Below, one piece after another: positions 49,203 to 60,549 of a stretch of 64,000 nucleotides of DNA (positions within the stretch are counted from its first letter, which is position 1; each line of letters begins with the position of its first letter). A model generated the notes under the pieces. The model was not told the DNA's origin and did not search any database. It saw nothing but the letters and a program-made list of their open reading frames with translations. Source of the DNA: Bacteroidia bacterium (GTDB lineage: Bacteria > Bacteroidota > Bacteroidia > Flavobacteriales_D > JAUILH01); the NCBI GenBank assembly GCA_030433115.1, contig JAUILH010000003.1, positions 1,746-65,745 of the forward strand. The letters run 5' to 3'. Position numbers and translations under genes: made by a program.

Positions 49203-51872
49203 TTAACTCATCATTTTTTTCATCATCTCGGCCGTAGATAATCCTTTTGTTTTAGTCAATTCAACCGGGATTCTCAAAGAAGCTCTATTAAATGGGCGAC
49301 CTTCCATACTTTCAGATTGAATAATGGCCATATTGTCATCTTCCAGCACCAAAATAATGTTGTAACTCGTCCCTTTGTCTACCTGGAAAGTCTCATCTCC
49401 GTCGTACGACAAAACTCCATTGGCATCAAATTCCAGAACGTAGACTTTTTTTGCCTTCAGGACATGCCCTTTGCCGTCCACAAATTTGGCCAACACGGGT
49501 ACCGGATCTTGCATTCTTTGAATACGATCGCAATTAAACACACCAAAGCCGAACAAGGAAAAACTTCTGGATGCCTCAACAGGCTTAGCTTTTGTGTTGA
49601 GATATTCACTAGCAAGTAGCTTTTTACCAACCATCTTTTTGCGATATTCTCTGGCGTCAAACGCGATCAACGATTCTATTGTTTCATCCAAACCGGCCTC
49701 TTTCATCTCTCGTATCAAGGCCCTGTTCTTTCGTCTAACCTCTCTTTTATTGGTTCTGTTTGCGCGTGTATCTTTATACGATTTCACACGGTATCTTTTG
49801 AGTGCAGACAGATTTTTCCGCACTTGTTTGGCAGACCCAAGGTCCTCCCTTTCCGGATAAACGTTCAGTTGGATGAGTGTATCCTTGAAGTTGAAACTCA
49901 GAACAAAAGTATTCCCGTCTGCTGATGGTTTCAAATCCACATTCTTAATAAAAGACGGGCCGTTTAAACTATACACCCCTCCCGGAACTCTGTACTTGCC
50001 ATAAATGTTCATGGAATAACGATCTATGCTATCAAGATAATGATGAATGTCCTCATATCTGTCTCCGTCATAAATCCATTTACCACGTCCCAATTCCTGT
50101 AAGCGTTTATTGGATGCCACCATATGACGCGATTTTGGGCTCGTCAATTCATGAAGGTCAATGGTAAAACTGTTGGTTCTTTTATGACATTTTACTTTGG
50201 CTCTGATCTTAGGATGCTTTATTCTGTTTTCAGACAGACGCAATTTATAAGCATTCATTTGGTTGAGATAGGTCTGCATTTCATAAAAGTTGTCTGGCAA
50301 AACAGACACGCTGTCGTACTTAGCACTAAAATCTCGTTTATTTCCCCCTGTATTCGTAACAACATCTGAAGAAGCACGGTCAGTATCGGAATTTAGCGAA
50401 TTGACCTCATCTTTACCCAAGAGATTCCATTGACCTGATTGCTCATCAAATGCATACAGATTATAGTCCGTATCACTGCTGGAGCTTTTCATGTCAACAC
50501 GAATAGGCTTCTCAGGGTTAGGAAATACAGGCTTGCCATTTACGTTGGCATTGATCTCAAACATACCGGCAGAAGAGAAATTGTACCTTACACCGGCACT
50601 GTCATAGTTCATGGGAATGCCACTTAGCATAATCTGAGCAGGGTTCATGAATTCCGTATACTCCAAATTCACTGGTTCCGTGATGAGCGCTCCATTCTCA
50701 TCTAAAAATGCATCCGAAGGAACTGTCAATCGTGCTGAACTAAATTCAACCTCTTGTTTTTCAGTAGGACTAACGGTACTTTTTTCAATCGTCAACTCTG
50801 CGTTTTTAATGGGTTTGTCAAGCTTCAAAGGCTGCAATGGTTTGTCAGTTTCAAACTTAATTTTACAATTAGGTAGCGCTTCACTCAGATCGGCCAATGC
50901 TTCTTTACTTAAGGGATTATTGTTGAGGTTGAGTCGCTTCAAGCCTGACAACTTCTCAAGTGCTTTTACATTCTTTAATCGGTTGCCAGACAGGTCCAAC
51001 TCATCAATAGAATTCAAGATCTGAATATACCTTGGAACAACTGTCCAGTCCTCACGGATTTTAACTTTTGTCAGGTTCATGCATTGATTGACTTCCTGCA
51101 AAACTTGTTTCGGTCTTAAGGATAAAGCTCGGTTCAAATACAGCTCCTGAATGCCTTGATTTTCGGATAGCTTGCCGTTAAAGCTAAGTTCTGCACTCTG
51201 GTGAATCTCAAGTCGTCGACATTTCAGATTGGCAAAATCATCACCCACTTCTTTCACATGACTCAGTTTCAATAACTTCAAATTATCCAGTAAAGAGAGG
51301 GCAGAAATAAACTCCTTATGGTTCAGCTTTTCATTTCCACGTACATCTATCTCTTTTAAGTTGTACCAGCCATAGGTGCATACATTCAGGTTTTCCAGTT
51401 GATTGTTACTTAGGTCAAGATATTCCAAACGGCTCAGTTCCACCATGTCGTAGGGTAGATAAACCAGATGATTGTCGGACAGATCAAGATGCTTTAATTT
51501 GGAAAAACGCTCCATTCCAATCGGCATAATAGGAATATGACATGCCTGCAAATTCAAGTGCTCTAATGAACTATCGGGCAGATAATCCACAATGTGTTCA
51601 ATATTCAACCTAGGATTATAAGATAAATTGAGCTCTACCAATTTTTTGTTGGAGATCATTCGGGCATCCAGTTGCCGGAGATCATTTCTTGACACATCCA
51701 ACACCCTCAACTCACGATTTTGAAAAATATCCTGAGGAAGGCGACTCAGCTCTTGATTAGACAGGTTTTTAACAACCATATAATCGGGCTTGGTTTCTGA
51801 GGTAATCTTATGGTTATAGGTGAAAAGAGAAATTGAAACAACACCCAGCAATAAAGTGCTTTTAACTAACAT
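49203..51872 (-). CDS. Exported leucine-rich-repeat protein with an uncharacterised C-terminal domain
   Basis: LxxLDLSxNxL repeats (LKHLDLSDNHL, LEYLDLSNNQL, LKRLNLNNNPL); later FSSAGMFEINA and FGVFNCDR motifs. Confidence 0.85.
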   Translation of the reverse strand: MLVKSTLLLGVVSISLFTYNHKITSETKPDYMVVKNLSNQELSRLPQDIFQNRELRVLDVSRNDLRQLDARMISNKKLVELNLSYNPRLNIEHIVDYLPDSSLEHLNLQACHIPIMPIGMERFSKLKHLDLSDNHLVYLPYDMVELSRLEYLDLSNNQLENLNVCTYGWYNLKEIDVRGNEKLNHKEFISALSLLDNLKLLKLSHVKEVGDDFANLKCRRLEIHQSAELSFNGKLSENQGIQELYLNRALSLRPKQVLQEVNQCMNLTKVKIREDWTVVPRYIQILNSIDELDLSGNRLKNVKALEKLSGLKRLNLNNNPLSKEALADLSEALPNCKIKFETDKPLQPLKLDKPIKNAELTIEKSTVSPTEKQEVEFSSARLTVPSDAFLDENGALITEPVNLEYTEFMNPAQIMLSGIPMNYDSAGVRYNFSSAGMFEINANVNGKPVFPNPEKPIRVDMKSSSSDTDYNLYAFDEQSGQWNLLGKDEVNSLNSDTDRASSDVVTNTGGNKRDFSAKYDSVSVLPDNFYEMQTYLNQMNAYKLRLSENRIKHPKIRAKVKCHKRTNSFTIDLHELTSPKSRHMVASNKRLQELGRGKWIYDGDRYEDIHHYLDSIDRYSMNIYGKYRVPGGVYSLNGPSFIKNVDLKPSADGNTFVLSFNFKDTLIQLNVYPEREDLGSAKQVRKNLSALKRYRVKSYKDTRANRTNKREVRRKNRALIREMKEAGLDETIESLIAFDAREYRKKMVGKKLLASEYLNTKAKPVEASRSFSLFGFGVFNCDRIQRMQDPVPVLAKFVDGKGHVLKAKKVYVLEFDANGVLSYDGDETFQVDKGTSYNIILVLEDDNMAIIQSESMEGRPFNRASLRIPVELTKTKGLSTAEMMKKMMS

Positions 51873-52028
51873 AAGAATTGATTTAAGGTTTTGATACTTA
51901 ATACATCAAACTGTAAAAGGTAACATCTTATTGTACCGGTACATTCTCAACAAAGCGCACAATACCGTCGCAACGCTCATTGATTCGTAATATTTCGTAC
52001 TTTTATCGCTACGCACAGAACGGGAGAT

Positions 52029-53570
52029 ATGAAGGAAAAAATTGAGGCATTAAGAACTAAGCAGGAAGAAGCCAAACAAGGTGGTGGCGAGAAACGAATT
52101 GAAAGTCAGCACAGCAAAGGCAAATTAACCGCCAGAGAGCGAATTTCATTGTTAATTGATGAAGGCACTTTTGAAGAGATTGGGATGTTCGTAGAGCACA
52201 GATCAACCAACTTTGGGCTTGATAAAGTTAAGTTTCCCGGAGATGGTGTGGTGACCGGTTACGGAAAAGTTAATGGTCGATTGGTTTATGTCTATGCACA
52301 AGATTTTACCGTAATGGGAGGCTCATTGGCTGAAGCACATGCAGAGAAAATCTGTAAAATCATGGACTTGGCTATGAAAAATGGTGCACCGGTAATTGGA
52401 CTAAATGATTCGGGAGGGGCTCGAATTCAGGAAGGTGTTGTTTCACTTGGTGGCTATGCCGATATTTTTTACCGAAATACTTTAGCTTCTGGTGTGGTTC
52501 CACAGATTTCTGCGATTATGGGGCCATGTGCAGGCGGAGCTGTATATTCTCCGGCATTGACGGATTTCATTTTTATGGTAGAGAACACCTCCTACATGTT
52601 TGTAACTGGTCCAAATGTGGTTAAAACAGTGACTCATGAAGAAGTGAGTTCTGAAGATTTGGGTGGTGCATCAGCACATGCTTATAAATCGGGTGTGACA
52701 CACTTTGCATCCCCAAATGAATTGGCCTGTATCAATGACATTAAACGGTTACTGTCTTACATTCCTCAAAATTGTGAAGAAAAACCACCGGCAATTGCTG
52801 TTGATAATTCTGATCATAAACGACCGGCACTCAATGACATTATTCCTGACAACCCAAATCAACCTTACGACATTAAAGACGTTATTGAGCATCTGGTGGA
52901 TGCAGATTCCTTTATGGAAGTCCACAAAAACTACGCTGAGAACATTGTGGTTGGCTTGTCCAGAATCAATGGGAAATCAGTGGGAATTGTTGCCAATCAA
53001 CCGGCTTATTTAGCTGGTGTATTGGACATTAAAGCGTCCAATAAAGCAGCTCGTTTTGTTAGATTCTGTGACGCATTTAATATCCCATTGGTGGTATTGG
53101 AAGACGTTCCGGGCTTCTTGCCGGGAACCGATCAGGAATGGAATGGCATTATTTCCAACGGCGCCAAATTGTTGTATGCATTCTGTGAGGCTACAGTGCC
53201 AAGAATTACGGTTATAACAAGAAAAGCATATGGTGGTGCGTATGACGTGATGAACTCCAAACACATTGGCGCAGATATGAATTATGCATGGCCAAGTTCT
53301 GAAATTGCTGTAATGGGCGCAAAAGGAGCAGCCGAAATTATTTTTAAACGTGAGATCTCTTCTTCTGATGATCCTGAAGCTACCTGGAAAGAGAAGGAGC
53401 AGGAGTATGCAGACAAATTTGCAAACCCCTACAATGCAGCAAAAAGAGGTTATGTTGATGAGGTTATAGAACCGTCAGAAACCAGGCAAAAGCTGATCAG
53501 TGCTTTGGATATGCTGAAAAATAAGGTAGACAATCTGCCGCGAAAAAAGCATGGCAATATTCCGCTATAG
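52029..53570 (+). CDS. pccB: Acyl-CoA (propionyl/methylmalonyl-CoA) carboxylase carboxyltransferase beta subunit
   Basis: [64 protein letters not shown]. Confidence 0.93.
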   Translation: MKEKIEALRTKQEEAKQGGGEKRIESQHSKGKLTARERISLLIDEGTFEEIGMFVEHRSTNFGLDKVKFPGDGVVTGYGKVNGRLVYVYAQDFTVMGGSLAEAHAEKICKIMDLAMKNGAPVIGLNDSGGARIQEGVVSLGGYADIFYRNTLASGVVPQISAIMGPCAGGAVYSPALTDFIFMVENTSYMFVTGPNVVKTVTHEEVSSEDLGGASAHAYKSGVTHFASPNELACINDIKRLLSYIPQNCEEKPPAIAVDNSDHKRPALNDIIPDNPNQPYDIKDVIEHLVDADSFMEVHKNYAENIVVGLSRINGKSVGIVANQPAYLAGVLDIKASNKAARFVRFCDAFNIPLVVLEDVPGFLPGTDQEWNGIISNGAKLLYAFCEATVPRITVITRKAYGGAYDVMNSKHIGADMNYAWPSSEIAVMGAKGAAEIIFKREISSSDDPEATWKEKEQEYADKFANPYNAAKRGYVDEVIEPSETRQKLISALDMLKNKVDNLPRKKHGNIPL

Positions 53571-55713
53571 ATCAATTAAAGCCTATGCTTTTATAAGGGG
53601 TATACTTGCCCTTGTTCTTTTAGGAACATCCCAATCCTTTGGTCAGGATGCCAATGAATTGGCTGATAAACTGAGCAGCAACTACGATTCCTGTAAACAA
53701 ATCATCATAAAGCTTGAAGAAGGCAAGCCATATGATTTGGATGATCAGTTCTGGCTGGAGCAGCAGCTTGTGCGCAATATGTTGGGCCAGGAATCACCGG
53801 ATGCCGCTATTGATTATGCCGCATCACTCACAAAAAAGTACAAAGGAACCCACAAAGAGCCCTCCACTTATATCAACCGGGGTAATTTGTTTTACGTAAC
53901 TGGAGAGTATGAAAAAGCGGTAGATATGTACAATAGTGCCATAGATATTGCTGAAGATATGGAGAGACTTGCTGATATAGCTAAGGCAAATAATAATAAA
54001 GCAGGTTGCTTAACAAGTCTTGGGAACTATCAGGAAGCACTCAATGCCATTAACGGTTCAATAGATAGTTATCTGGCACTAAAGGACAGCGTGAATGCAG
54101 CCAATACCTATTTAGTGCGTGGAAATAACTATTTCGCCCAGGATATTTTCGATGAAGCCATGTCTTCCTATCAAGCCGGACTGGAGATGCTCGTCAATCA
54201 AGGAGATTCACAGCTCAAAGGAAGCCTGTTAAACAACATGGCTCTGATTTTTAACGAAACCAAGCAGTGGACCAAAGCAATCAGTTATTTGCGGCAAAAT
54301 ATCAGCATTTGCCAAGCTTTAAATATTCCTCCTGTCGACTCGTATACGAATTTGGGAGAGTCATACAGACATATTAATCTGGATAGCGCCTTATACTATT
54401 ATGAATTGTCACTGGGATTTGCAAGAGAATCTCCAGACCCGGAGGCGCTCTACAGAGCTTTGAACAATATTGGTTTGGTTAAAGAGGAAATGGGGTATGA
54501 AGATGAAGCCCTCGAAATATACAATGAAGCTTTAACCGCCATTGACAATAATTTCGATTATCCCAAAGTAGCACAATTGCTCATCAATATTGCGAACATA
54601 GAAACCTTGAATCAAAACTATGATCGAGCGAAAAAAATGGCAAATCTTGCCTTGGAAAAATCCCTTAAAAGAAGAGAATTACAGCACATCCAAAATTCTT
54701 ATGCCTCTTTATATAGTTTAGCCAAAGCGCAGAAAAACTATGAAGATGCACTCAAATACGATAACTTGAGAGATGAATACCGGGATTCTGTTTTGAATGA
54801 ATCTTCCTTGGACGCCATTGCTGAATATGAGGCCAAATATCAATTGGCACTCAAGGAACAGCTCATAGCAAAAGAACGGAATGACAAGTTGCAAGCCATT
54901 AACAAACAAAAAAGTGCGGAAGCAAAGCGACAAGAATCCGAATTGACTGCGGCCAATCGTCAAAAGTGGATTTTTGGGCTAGTCGGTGGCATTCTGGCAA
55001 TCGCATTTTTAGCCCTATTTGTCATTCAACGTAACAGAAGAAAGGCTCAGGCAGAAAAAGATGCCGCCATCATTTCAGAGCGAGACAAAGGTCTTCAGTC
55101 AGTTATTTCAGCTCAAGAAGAAGAAAGAAAGAGAATCTCCAAAGAATTGCATGATGGCATTGGGCAGCAACTTTCCGGCATTAAATTAGCCTGGCAAAAC
55201 CTCAGTACCTCTATGGGTCAAAAAGCCCCTGAAGAGTTTAAACAACTCATGACCATCAGTTCTGTTTTAGATGAAACAACAGCTGAGGTAAGAAATTTAT
55301 CCCACCAAATGATGCCGAGAGCTCTTCAGGAATCCGGTTTGATTGCTGCCATTGAGGGAATGCTTCAAAAATCACTGCAATTTTCTAATATTCAATATGA
55401 ATTCGACCACTATAATGTGGATAAGCGCTTCAGCGAAAATCTCGAATTAAGTATGTACAGAATTTGTCAGGAACTCATCAACAATGTGATCAAACACAGT
55501 GACGCCAGTTCGGTAATGGTTCAACTATTTAGAAATCAGGACAAACTCATATTAATTGTTGAGGACAATGGAAAAGGTATCAGCAAAGGTGATGAAAGCG
55601 GACATGGTCTGTTAAACATAAGGTCCAGATTAAACACAGTACATGGAACAGTAAACTACGAACCCAGTCCAAACAGTGGAACCATTGCTACTATCGTTAT
55701 TCCGATAAACTAG
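53551..55713 (+). CDS. TPR-containing sensor histidine kinase (HisKA_3 type)
   Basis: TPR repeats, a TM segment, [37 protein letters not shown]. Exact start uncertain (overlaps pccB by 20 nt). Confidence 0.92.
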   Translation: MAIFRYRSIKAYAFIRGILALVLLGTSQSFGQDANELADKLSSNYDSCKQIIIKLEEGKPYDLDDQFWLEQQLVRNMLGQESPDAAIDYAASLTKKYKGTHKEPSTYINRGNLFYVTGEYEKAVDMYNSAIDIAEDMERLADIAKANNNKAGCLTSLGNYQEALNAINGSIDSYLALKDSVNAANTYLVRGNNYFAQDIFDEAMSSYQAGLEMLVNQGDSQLKGSLLNNMALIFNETKQWTKAISYLRQNISICQALNIPPVDSYTNLGESYRHINLDSALYYYELSLGFARESPDPEALYRALNNIGLVKEEMGYEDEALEIYNEALTAIDNNFDYPKVAQLLINIANIETLNQNYDRAKKMANLALEKSLKRRELQHIQNSYASLYSLAKAQKNYEDALKYDNLRDEYRDSVLNESSLDAIAEYEAKYQLALKEQLIAKERNDKLQAINKQKSAEAKRQESELTAANRQKWIFGLVGGILAIAFLALFVIQRNRRKAQAEKDAAIISERDKGLQSVISAQEEERKRISKELHDGIGQQLSGIKLAWQNLSTSMGQKAPEEFKQLMTISSVLDETTAEVRNLSHQMMPRALQESGLIAAIEGMLQKSLQFSNIQYEFDHYNVDKRFSENLELSMYRICQELINNVIKHSDASSVMVQLFRNQDKLILIVEDNGKGISKGDESGHGLLNIRSRLNTVHGTVNYEPSPNSGTIATIVIPIN

Positions 55714-55718
55714 TACTT

Positions 55719-57728
55719 ATGAAATATGCCTTCATCTTTTGCTTCCTATTTAATAGTGTTTCCGGAATTTCTCAAAATCTGGATAGCCTCAAAGGGGCAC
55801 TTCAGCAAAGCGGTGATTCTTCAGAAGTAAATACACTTATTCGAATCTCTGAAACACTGATTAATTCGAAACTACAGGAAAGTTCATTGTACGCGAAACG
55901 TGCCTTGACTTTATCAGAACGAATTGGTTTTGAGAAAGGACAAATACGTGCACTCAATCTGGTAGGGAATTTTCATCAAAGACAAGGCAGGTACGATACA
56001 GCAATGGTTTATTATCAGAAGTCATTGGAATTGTCAAAACGTCTTAATAATGTAAAAGGTCTGGCCGTCATCTACAATAACATTGGTATTATTTATAACA
56101 ACTTAGGTGAGTATGACAGAGCATTGGAAAACTATTTAATTGCACTGGATCAGGAAAAAATCCTTAACAACCAAAATGGCATTGCTGAAGCGTACAACAA
56201 TATTGGTGTGGTTCATTATTATATGGGAAACGTTGACAAAACCCTCGAATATCTTGAGAAATCGGTCGATATCCAGAAAGAAGTGGGAAACCTGGCCGTT
56301 CTAAAAAAAGGCTACATCAATTTGGGCGCGATATATGATGCCGTTAAACAAAATAAGGAAAAGGCATTAGAGTTTTACAACAAGGCACTGGACATTAGTA
56401 TACAATTGGATGATAAAAAAGAGACCGGTATTATTTACCTGAACATTGGGGGTGTTTATTTTTCTTACAAAGATTACGACAAAGCGCTGGACTTCTACAA
56501 CCGTTCTTACAAGCTTAGAGAATTGAACGGAGATCAGGAAGGCATGGCATACGTACTTCTGCGGTATACAGAGTTGTATGAGGCAAAGGGTGAGCTACAA
56601 AAGTCATTGGATTATGGACTTCAAGCACTTAATATTGCTCAAAAGATCAACTCCAAATTATTGAAACGTGAAGCCTATAAACGACTCACCACCATTAGTG
56701 AGAAAAAAGGGCAGCTTAAAGATGCCCTTGCATACCTTGAGCAGTACACATTGGTAAAGGATTCTTTACTTAATGAGGAAAAAGCTAAGCTCGTCACTGA
56801 AATGGAAACTAAATACGAAACCGCAGAAAAAGAACGTCAGATTTTAATTGGACAACGTGTTCAAGACAGTCTTACTATAGCCAACAATGAGATAGAAAAC
56901 GAGCGGATTCGGGAAAAGATACAAGCCGAAAAACGTGCTACAGAAGACGCTTTAAAATTATCCAATAGAAACAACTGGATTTTAGGCCTTACAGGAGGTC
57001 TATTGGCGATTGGATTTTTGGCACTTTTTATCATTCAAAGGAACAAAAGACGGGCCCAAGCAGAGAAAGACGCAGCATTGATTGAAGAAAGAGATCGTGG
57101 ACTCAAAGCCATGATCAATGCCCAGGAAGAAGAAAGAAAGAGAATTTCTAAAGACCTCCACGACGGCATTGGTCAACAACTATCTGGTTTAAAAATGGCT
57201 TGGCAAAACCTTAGTACAGATATTGGATCCAAAGCCCCGGATAAATACGCCAAATTGATCAACATCACCAAAATATTGGACGATACAGCAAGTGAAGTAA
57301 GGAGCATTTCTCATCAGATGATGCCAAAAGCTCTTGGGGAAATGGGGCTTGCACCGGCAATCCAGGATATGTTGACAAAATCTTTGGAACCTACAGACAT
57401 TCAATATGAGTTTGAGCACTTTAATCTGGATCAAAGATTCAATGAATCTATTGAAATTGGTCTTTACCGAATCACTCAGGAACTGATTAACAACATCATT
57501 AAACATGCAAATGCCAAATTCGTATCGGTTCAATTATTCAAGAACAAGAACAACTTAATCCTAATGGTAGAAGACAATGGGATAGGTTTTGACTCTGAAA
57601 AAGGAGAGGGTCACGGTTTGATGAACATTAAGTCCCGGCTCAATACCATTAATGGTGAAGTAAATTACGAATCCAGTCCGGGAAGTGGCATTATCGCCAC
57701 AATTAAGGTGCCTTTGGACTCTAAGTAG
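55719..57728 (+). CDS. Second TPR-containing sensor histidine kinase (HisKA_3 type)
   Basis: Signal peptide, TPRs (YNNIG.IY), a TM segment, [24 protein letters not shown]. Confidence 0.94.
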   Translation: MKYAFIFCFLFNSVSGISQNLDSLKGALQQSGDSSEVNTLIRISETLINSKLQESSLYAKRALTLSERIGFEKGQIRALNLVGNFHQRQGRYDTAMVYYQKSLELSKRLNNVKGLAVIYNNIGIIYNNLGEYDRALENYLIALDQEKILNNQNGIAEAYNNIGVVHYYMGNVDKTLEYLEKSVDIQKEVGNLAVLKKGYINLGAIYDAVKQNKEKALEFYNKALDISIQLDDKKETGIIYLNIGGVYFSYKDYDKALDFYNRSYKLRELNGDQEGMAYVLLRYTELYEAKGELQKSLDYGLQALNIAQKINSKLLKREAYKRLTTISEKKGQLKDALAYLEQYTLVKDSLLNEEKAKLVTEMETKYETAEKERQILIGQRVQDSLTIANNEIENERIREKIQAEKRATEDALKLSNRNNWILGLTGGLLAIGFLALFIIQRNKRRAQAEKDAALIEERDRGLKAMINAQEEERKRISKDLHDGIGQQLSGLKMAWQNLSTDIGSKAPDKYAKLINITKILDDTASEVRSISHQMMPKALGEMGLAPAIQDMLTKSLEPTDIQYEFEHFNLDQRFNESIEIGLYRITQELINNIIKHANAKFVSVQLFKNKNNLILMVEDNGIGFDSEKGEGHGLMNIKSRLNTINGEVNYESSPGSGIIATIKVPLDSK

Positions 57729-57784
57729 TTTGTCAGAATAGTCTTTCTGCTCAGATCGTCAAATCTCCACAAAAACTGTGACCC

Positions 57785-58477
57785 TTATTCAACTTCCTTT
57801 AAAATTGCTTTTCTGGTTGATGCCACCTTTTGAGTTATGTCTTTGTAATAGTTGAGGATATAGGCTCTATTTGCATAGACTTTCCATACATACACCAGAG
57901 CTTTTTTGCGGTCACCATCGGATAAAGTCAGGGGCATGTCTATTCCAGTCATTTGTTTTGTCAAAGAATCAATGATGAAATTGGGAGATAAGATGTCATT
58001 CAATTCCTTAAAGTAGGATTGATGGTATTGCATTTCAGAATATTCTTCTTCAAACTTCCTCAAAGTATTGTAGTCGTACTCATACAGGTTGATAATTTGA
58101 TGTCTGAGTTTGTCATTTTCAATTAATTCTAATCCTCTGGATTTAAGCGCTTCATAGCCCCCAACATTCTGTATCGAAATAAAATCTCTGGTAAGCGCCA
58201 TGTAGTGTATTAAAAACGAATCGACATTAACTTCTGCGTCTGCCAGCACTTTTGCAAAGTACATGCACGCATCAACACCTTGCTCATGGCCCGTTTGATT
58301 AAGTTTCAAATCCTCAAGATCATACTCCAAACCATGCGCAATTTCTATTAAAATTTTGTTCTCGGCATTTCTTGCTTTTCGGTTTTCATTCCAATTGTTC
58401 AATCCAAAAGCAGACAATACTGCAATAAATATTGACAAGAATTCAAATCCGAATTTTCTTAAGCCTTTAAATTTCAT
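57785..58477 (-). CDS. Hypothetical membrane-anchored protein (DUF6090-like)
   Basis: EFLSIFIAVLSAFGLNNWNE N-terminus; YEALKSRGLELIEN..LR..II.LY. Confidence 0.7.
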   Translation of the reverse strand: MKFKGLRKFGFEFLSIFIAVLSAFGLNNWNENRKARNAENKILIEIAHGLEYDLEDLKLNQTGHEQGVDACMYFAKVLADAEVNVDSFLIHYMALTRDFISIQNVGGYEALKSRGLELIENDKLRHQIINLYEYDYNTLRKFEEEYSEMQYHQSYFKELNDILSPNFIIDSLTKQMTGIDMPLTLSDGDRKKALVYVWKVYANRAYILNYYKDITQKVASTRKAILKEVE

Positions 58478-58555
58478 AGGTAATTAGTTCTCTTTAAATC
58501 GTGCAATTTAAGCAAATCTTATGCTTTGATGTCCGCAGCGGCTATTGAGGTTTAA

Positions 58556-58573
58556 CTACGTTAAATCACGTAG
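58556..58573. promoter_or_regulatory. NarL/LuxR-type inverted repeat upstream of the response regulator
   Basis: CTACGT-taaatc-ACGTAG, i.e. TAC-N10-GTA geometry. Confidence 0.7.
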
Positions 58574-58641
58574 ATCAGTTAGTGATTCTCATGAATTGCT
58601 TCCCTTAAATGCATGTAAATATTATATTTACAGAATTGGGC

Positions 58642-59286
58642 ATGGAAAAGAAAAAAACCTTACTTGTAGACGATCATCAACTTGTACTTGACGGCATCAG
58701 TAATTTACTGACGAGCCTGGAGGCAGTTGAAGTAGTAGGGGTCGCCAATAATGGTAAACGTGCACTTGAAATCATTGAAAACATTCAAATCGATTTGGTT
58801 TTGATGGATATTGACATGCCAGTGATGAATGGTTTGGAAGCCACTGCACAGATCAAAAAGTCTTTTCCTCACATCAAAATCATCATTTTATCTATGCACG
58901 ACGAGCATGCGGTGATTCAAAAAGTGATGAACCTTGGCGCAGATGGCTACCTGTTGAAGAACTCTGATAAAGACGAGTTTTGGGCGGCAATTGAAAAAGT
59001 GCTTGAAGGGCAGAAGTTTTTCTCTGCTGATGTTACCATGGCACTACTCAATAAAAAAGAATCTTCCTCGAGTTCTGATAGTGTGACTTTGGCACAGCTG
59101 ACCGAAAGAGAGGTTGAAATTTTGAGGAATATTGCAGAAGGGCTCTCGAATAAAGAAATTGGTGAAAAGCTATTTATATCGCACAGAACGGTTGATACAC
59201 ACAGAACCAACCTCATGCGCAAGTTAGAGGCTAAAAATATTGCCGGCCTGGTTCGTTTCGCCATCAAAAATGGTCTCGTAGAATAG
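58642..59286 (+). CDS. NarL/FixJ family response regulator
   Basis: LVDDH, LMDIDMPVMNG, LSMH, GYLLK; HTH LTEREVEIL...SNKEIGEKLFISHRTVDTHRTNLMRKL. Confidence 0.96.
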   Translation: MEKKKTLLVDDHQLVLDGISNLLTSLEAVEVVGVANNGKRALEIIENIQIDLVLMDIDMPVMNGLEATAQIKKSFPHIKIIILSMHDEHAVIQKVMNLGADGYLLKNSDKDEFWAAIEKVLEGQKFFSADVTMALLNKKESSSSSDSVTLAQLTEREVEILRNIAEGLSNKEIGEKLFISHRTVDTHRTNLMRKLEAKNIAGLVRFAIKNGLVE

Positions 59287-59289
59287 AAT

Positions 59290-59307
59290 CTACGGTTTTC
59301 GTCGTAG
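59290..59307. promoter_or_regulatory. Second NarL/LuxR-type inverted repeat, upstream of the solo LuxR gene
   Basis: CTACG-gttttcgt-CGTAG, with the same length and arms as 58556-58573. Confidence 0.65.
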
Positions 59308-59376
59308 TCAATTCCGTTTTTTTCCCGATTCTAAATCTTCTCAAAATAGAGGACGTTTACATCATAATTAAGATGT

Positions 59377-59610
59377 ATGCCTCAAATAAAGAAAGCGCCA
59401 GAAAAAACCATTCAAGCATTATCCAACAGGGAAGAAGAAGTATTATTTTTTTTGGCTCACGGCTATTCAAACGATCAAATAGCACTCATCCTAAACATCT
59501 CATCAAGAACAGTGAGTACGCATAGAAATAACATCATGGGAAAGCTTCAAGTTAACTGCCTGGCAAAATTGGTACGGGTGGCGTATCAACATAAATTAGT
59601 CCATCTTTGA
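59377..59610 (+). CDS. Stand-alone LuxR/GerE-type HTH protein
   Basis: LSNREEEVL...GYSNDQIA..LNISSRTVSTHRNNIMGKL; 77 aa; no receiver domain. Confidence 0.85.
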   Translation: MPQIKKAPEKTIQALSNREEEVLFFLAHGYSNDQIALILNISSRTVSTHRNNIMGKLQVNCLAKLVRVAYQHKLVHL

Positions 59611-60549
59611 AGTCCCTCTTGCCCCTTTGGTGATCCATTTATACCGTCGCTTGCTGCCTTTGTACAATGGATTGTAATAAAAATCATAGGAAATCAAAAT
59701 TTCATGAGAGCCCGTTGTTCCAGGTCTTAGCCCAGAAAGGACCAAATCGTAATTATAACTGACTTTTAAGTAATCAATGATCTCGAAACCGAGTCCTAAC
59801 ACCAGATCCTTTGAAGACTTAAAGCCCAATTCAAGGTCATATCTCTCCATGTAAGATGTGATGAATCGGGCATCTACATATACAGGATAACCCGCAATGT
59901 AGCTGGAATAGATGGCCGGCGTGAAGGTGAACTTATTGTTGCCTTCAATTCTATAGTATCCATGAAAATTGAAATGTGAGATATCTGAAATGGCCAGGTT
60001 TGTTCCAAGCTCTCTCTGGCTAGACAGCATATTTTGTGCGGATAAACCAAACATGAAATTCGATCGACTCAACAATACACCAAACGACACATCAGGTACT
60101 AAACCAGACCTCATTTGAGCCGAAATTGAGGCATCATTGGGATCATGAAGATTCAACTTTGCCTGATCCAGGCCGTAAAAAGAAAACCTTCCACCTAAAC
60201 CAAAGCCTAACTTAATGTCCTCACCCACCTGAAAGTGATAAGCAGAGCTGACCAAAAACCCGGAATGTTTGATGGTTCCTAAATTGTCGTTAAAAAACCC
60301 TCCTCCTACACCCAAACTCATTTCATTGATAGAACTGTGCATGGTTAATTGTTGGTTAAACGGACTGCCATCAAAGCCGGCCCACTGTTTCTTACCGTGC
60401 AATGAAAAGTCCATGAACATATCGTAACCAGATACTGCCGGATTGAGCACATAAGGGTTCTGCGTCCACAAGGAATAAGCTGGTAATTGCTGAGATTTTA
60501 ATCCCCAACTTCCAAACATCAACAATATGCCTATGAACCACCTCATCAT
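59596..60549 (-). CDS. T9SS membrane protein, PorP/SprF family
   Basis: QQLPAYSLW..NPYVLNPAVSG, QWAGFDGSP, YNYDL, GSHEILISY. Confidence 0.93.
   Translation of the reverse strand: MMRWFIGILLMFGSWGLKSQQLPAYSLWTQNPYVLNPAVSGYDMFMDFSLHGKKQWAGFDGSPFNQQLTMHSSINEMSLGVGGGFFNDNLGTIKHSGFLVSSAYHFQVGEDIKLGFGLGGRFSFYGLDQAKLNLHDPNDASISAQMRSGLVPDVSFGVLLSRSNFMFGLSAQNMLSSQRELGTNLAISDISHFNFHGYYRIEGNNKFTFTPAIYSSYIAGYPVYVDARFITSYMERYDLELGFKSSKDLVLGLGFEIIDYLKVSYNYDLVLSGLRPGTTGSHEILISYDFYYNPLYKGSKRRYKWITKGARGTSKMD

Noticed and set aside
51932-51943. 12-bp perfect palindrome TGTACCGGTACA between the LRR gene and pccB
   Set aside because: Single short occurrence with no second copy or linked regulator; it could arise by chance.
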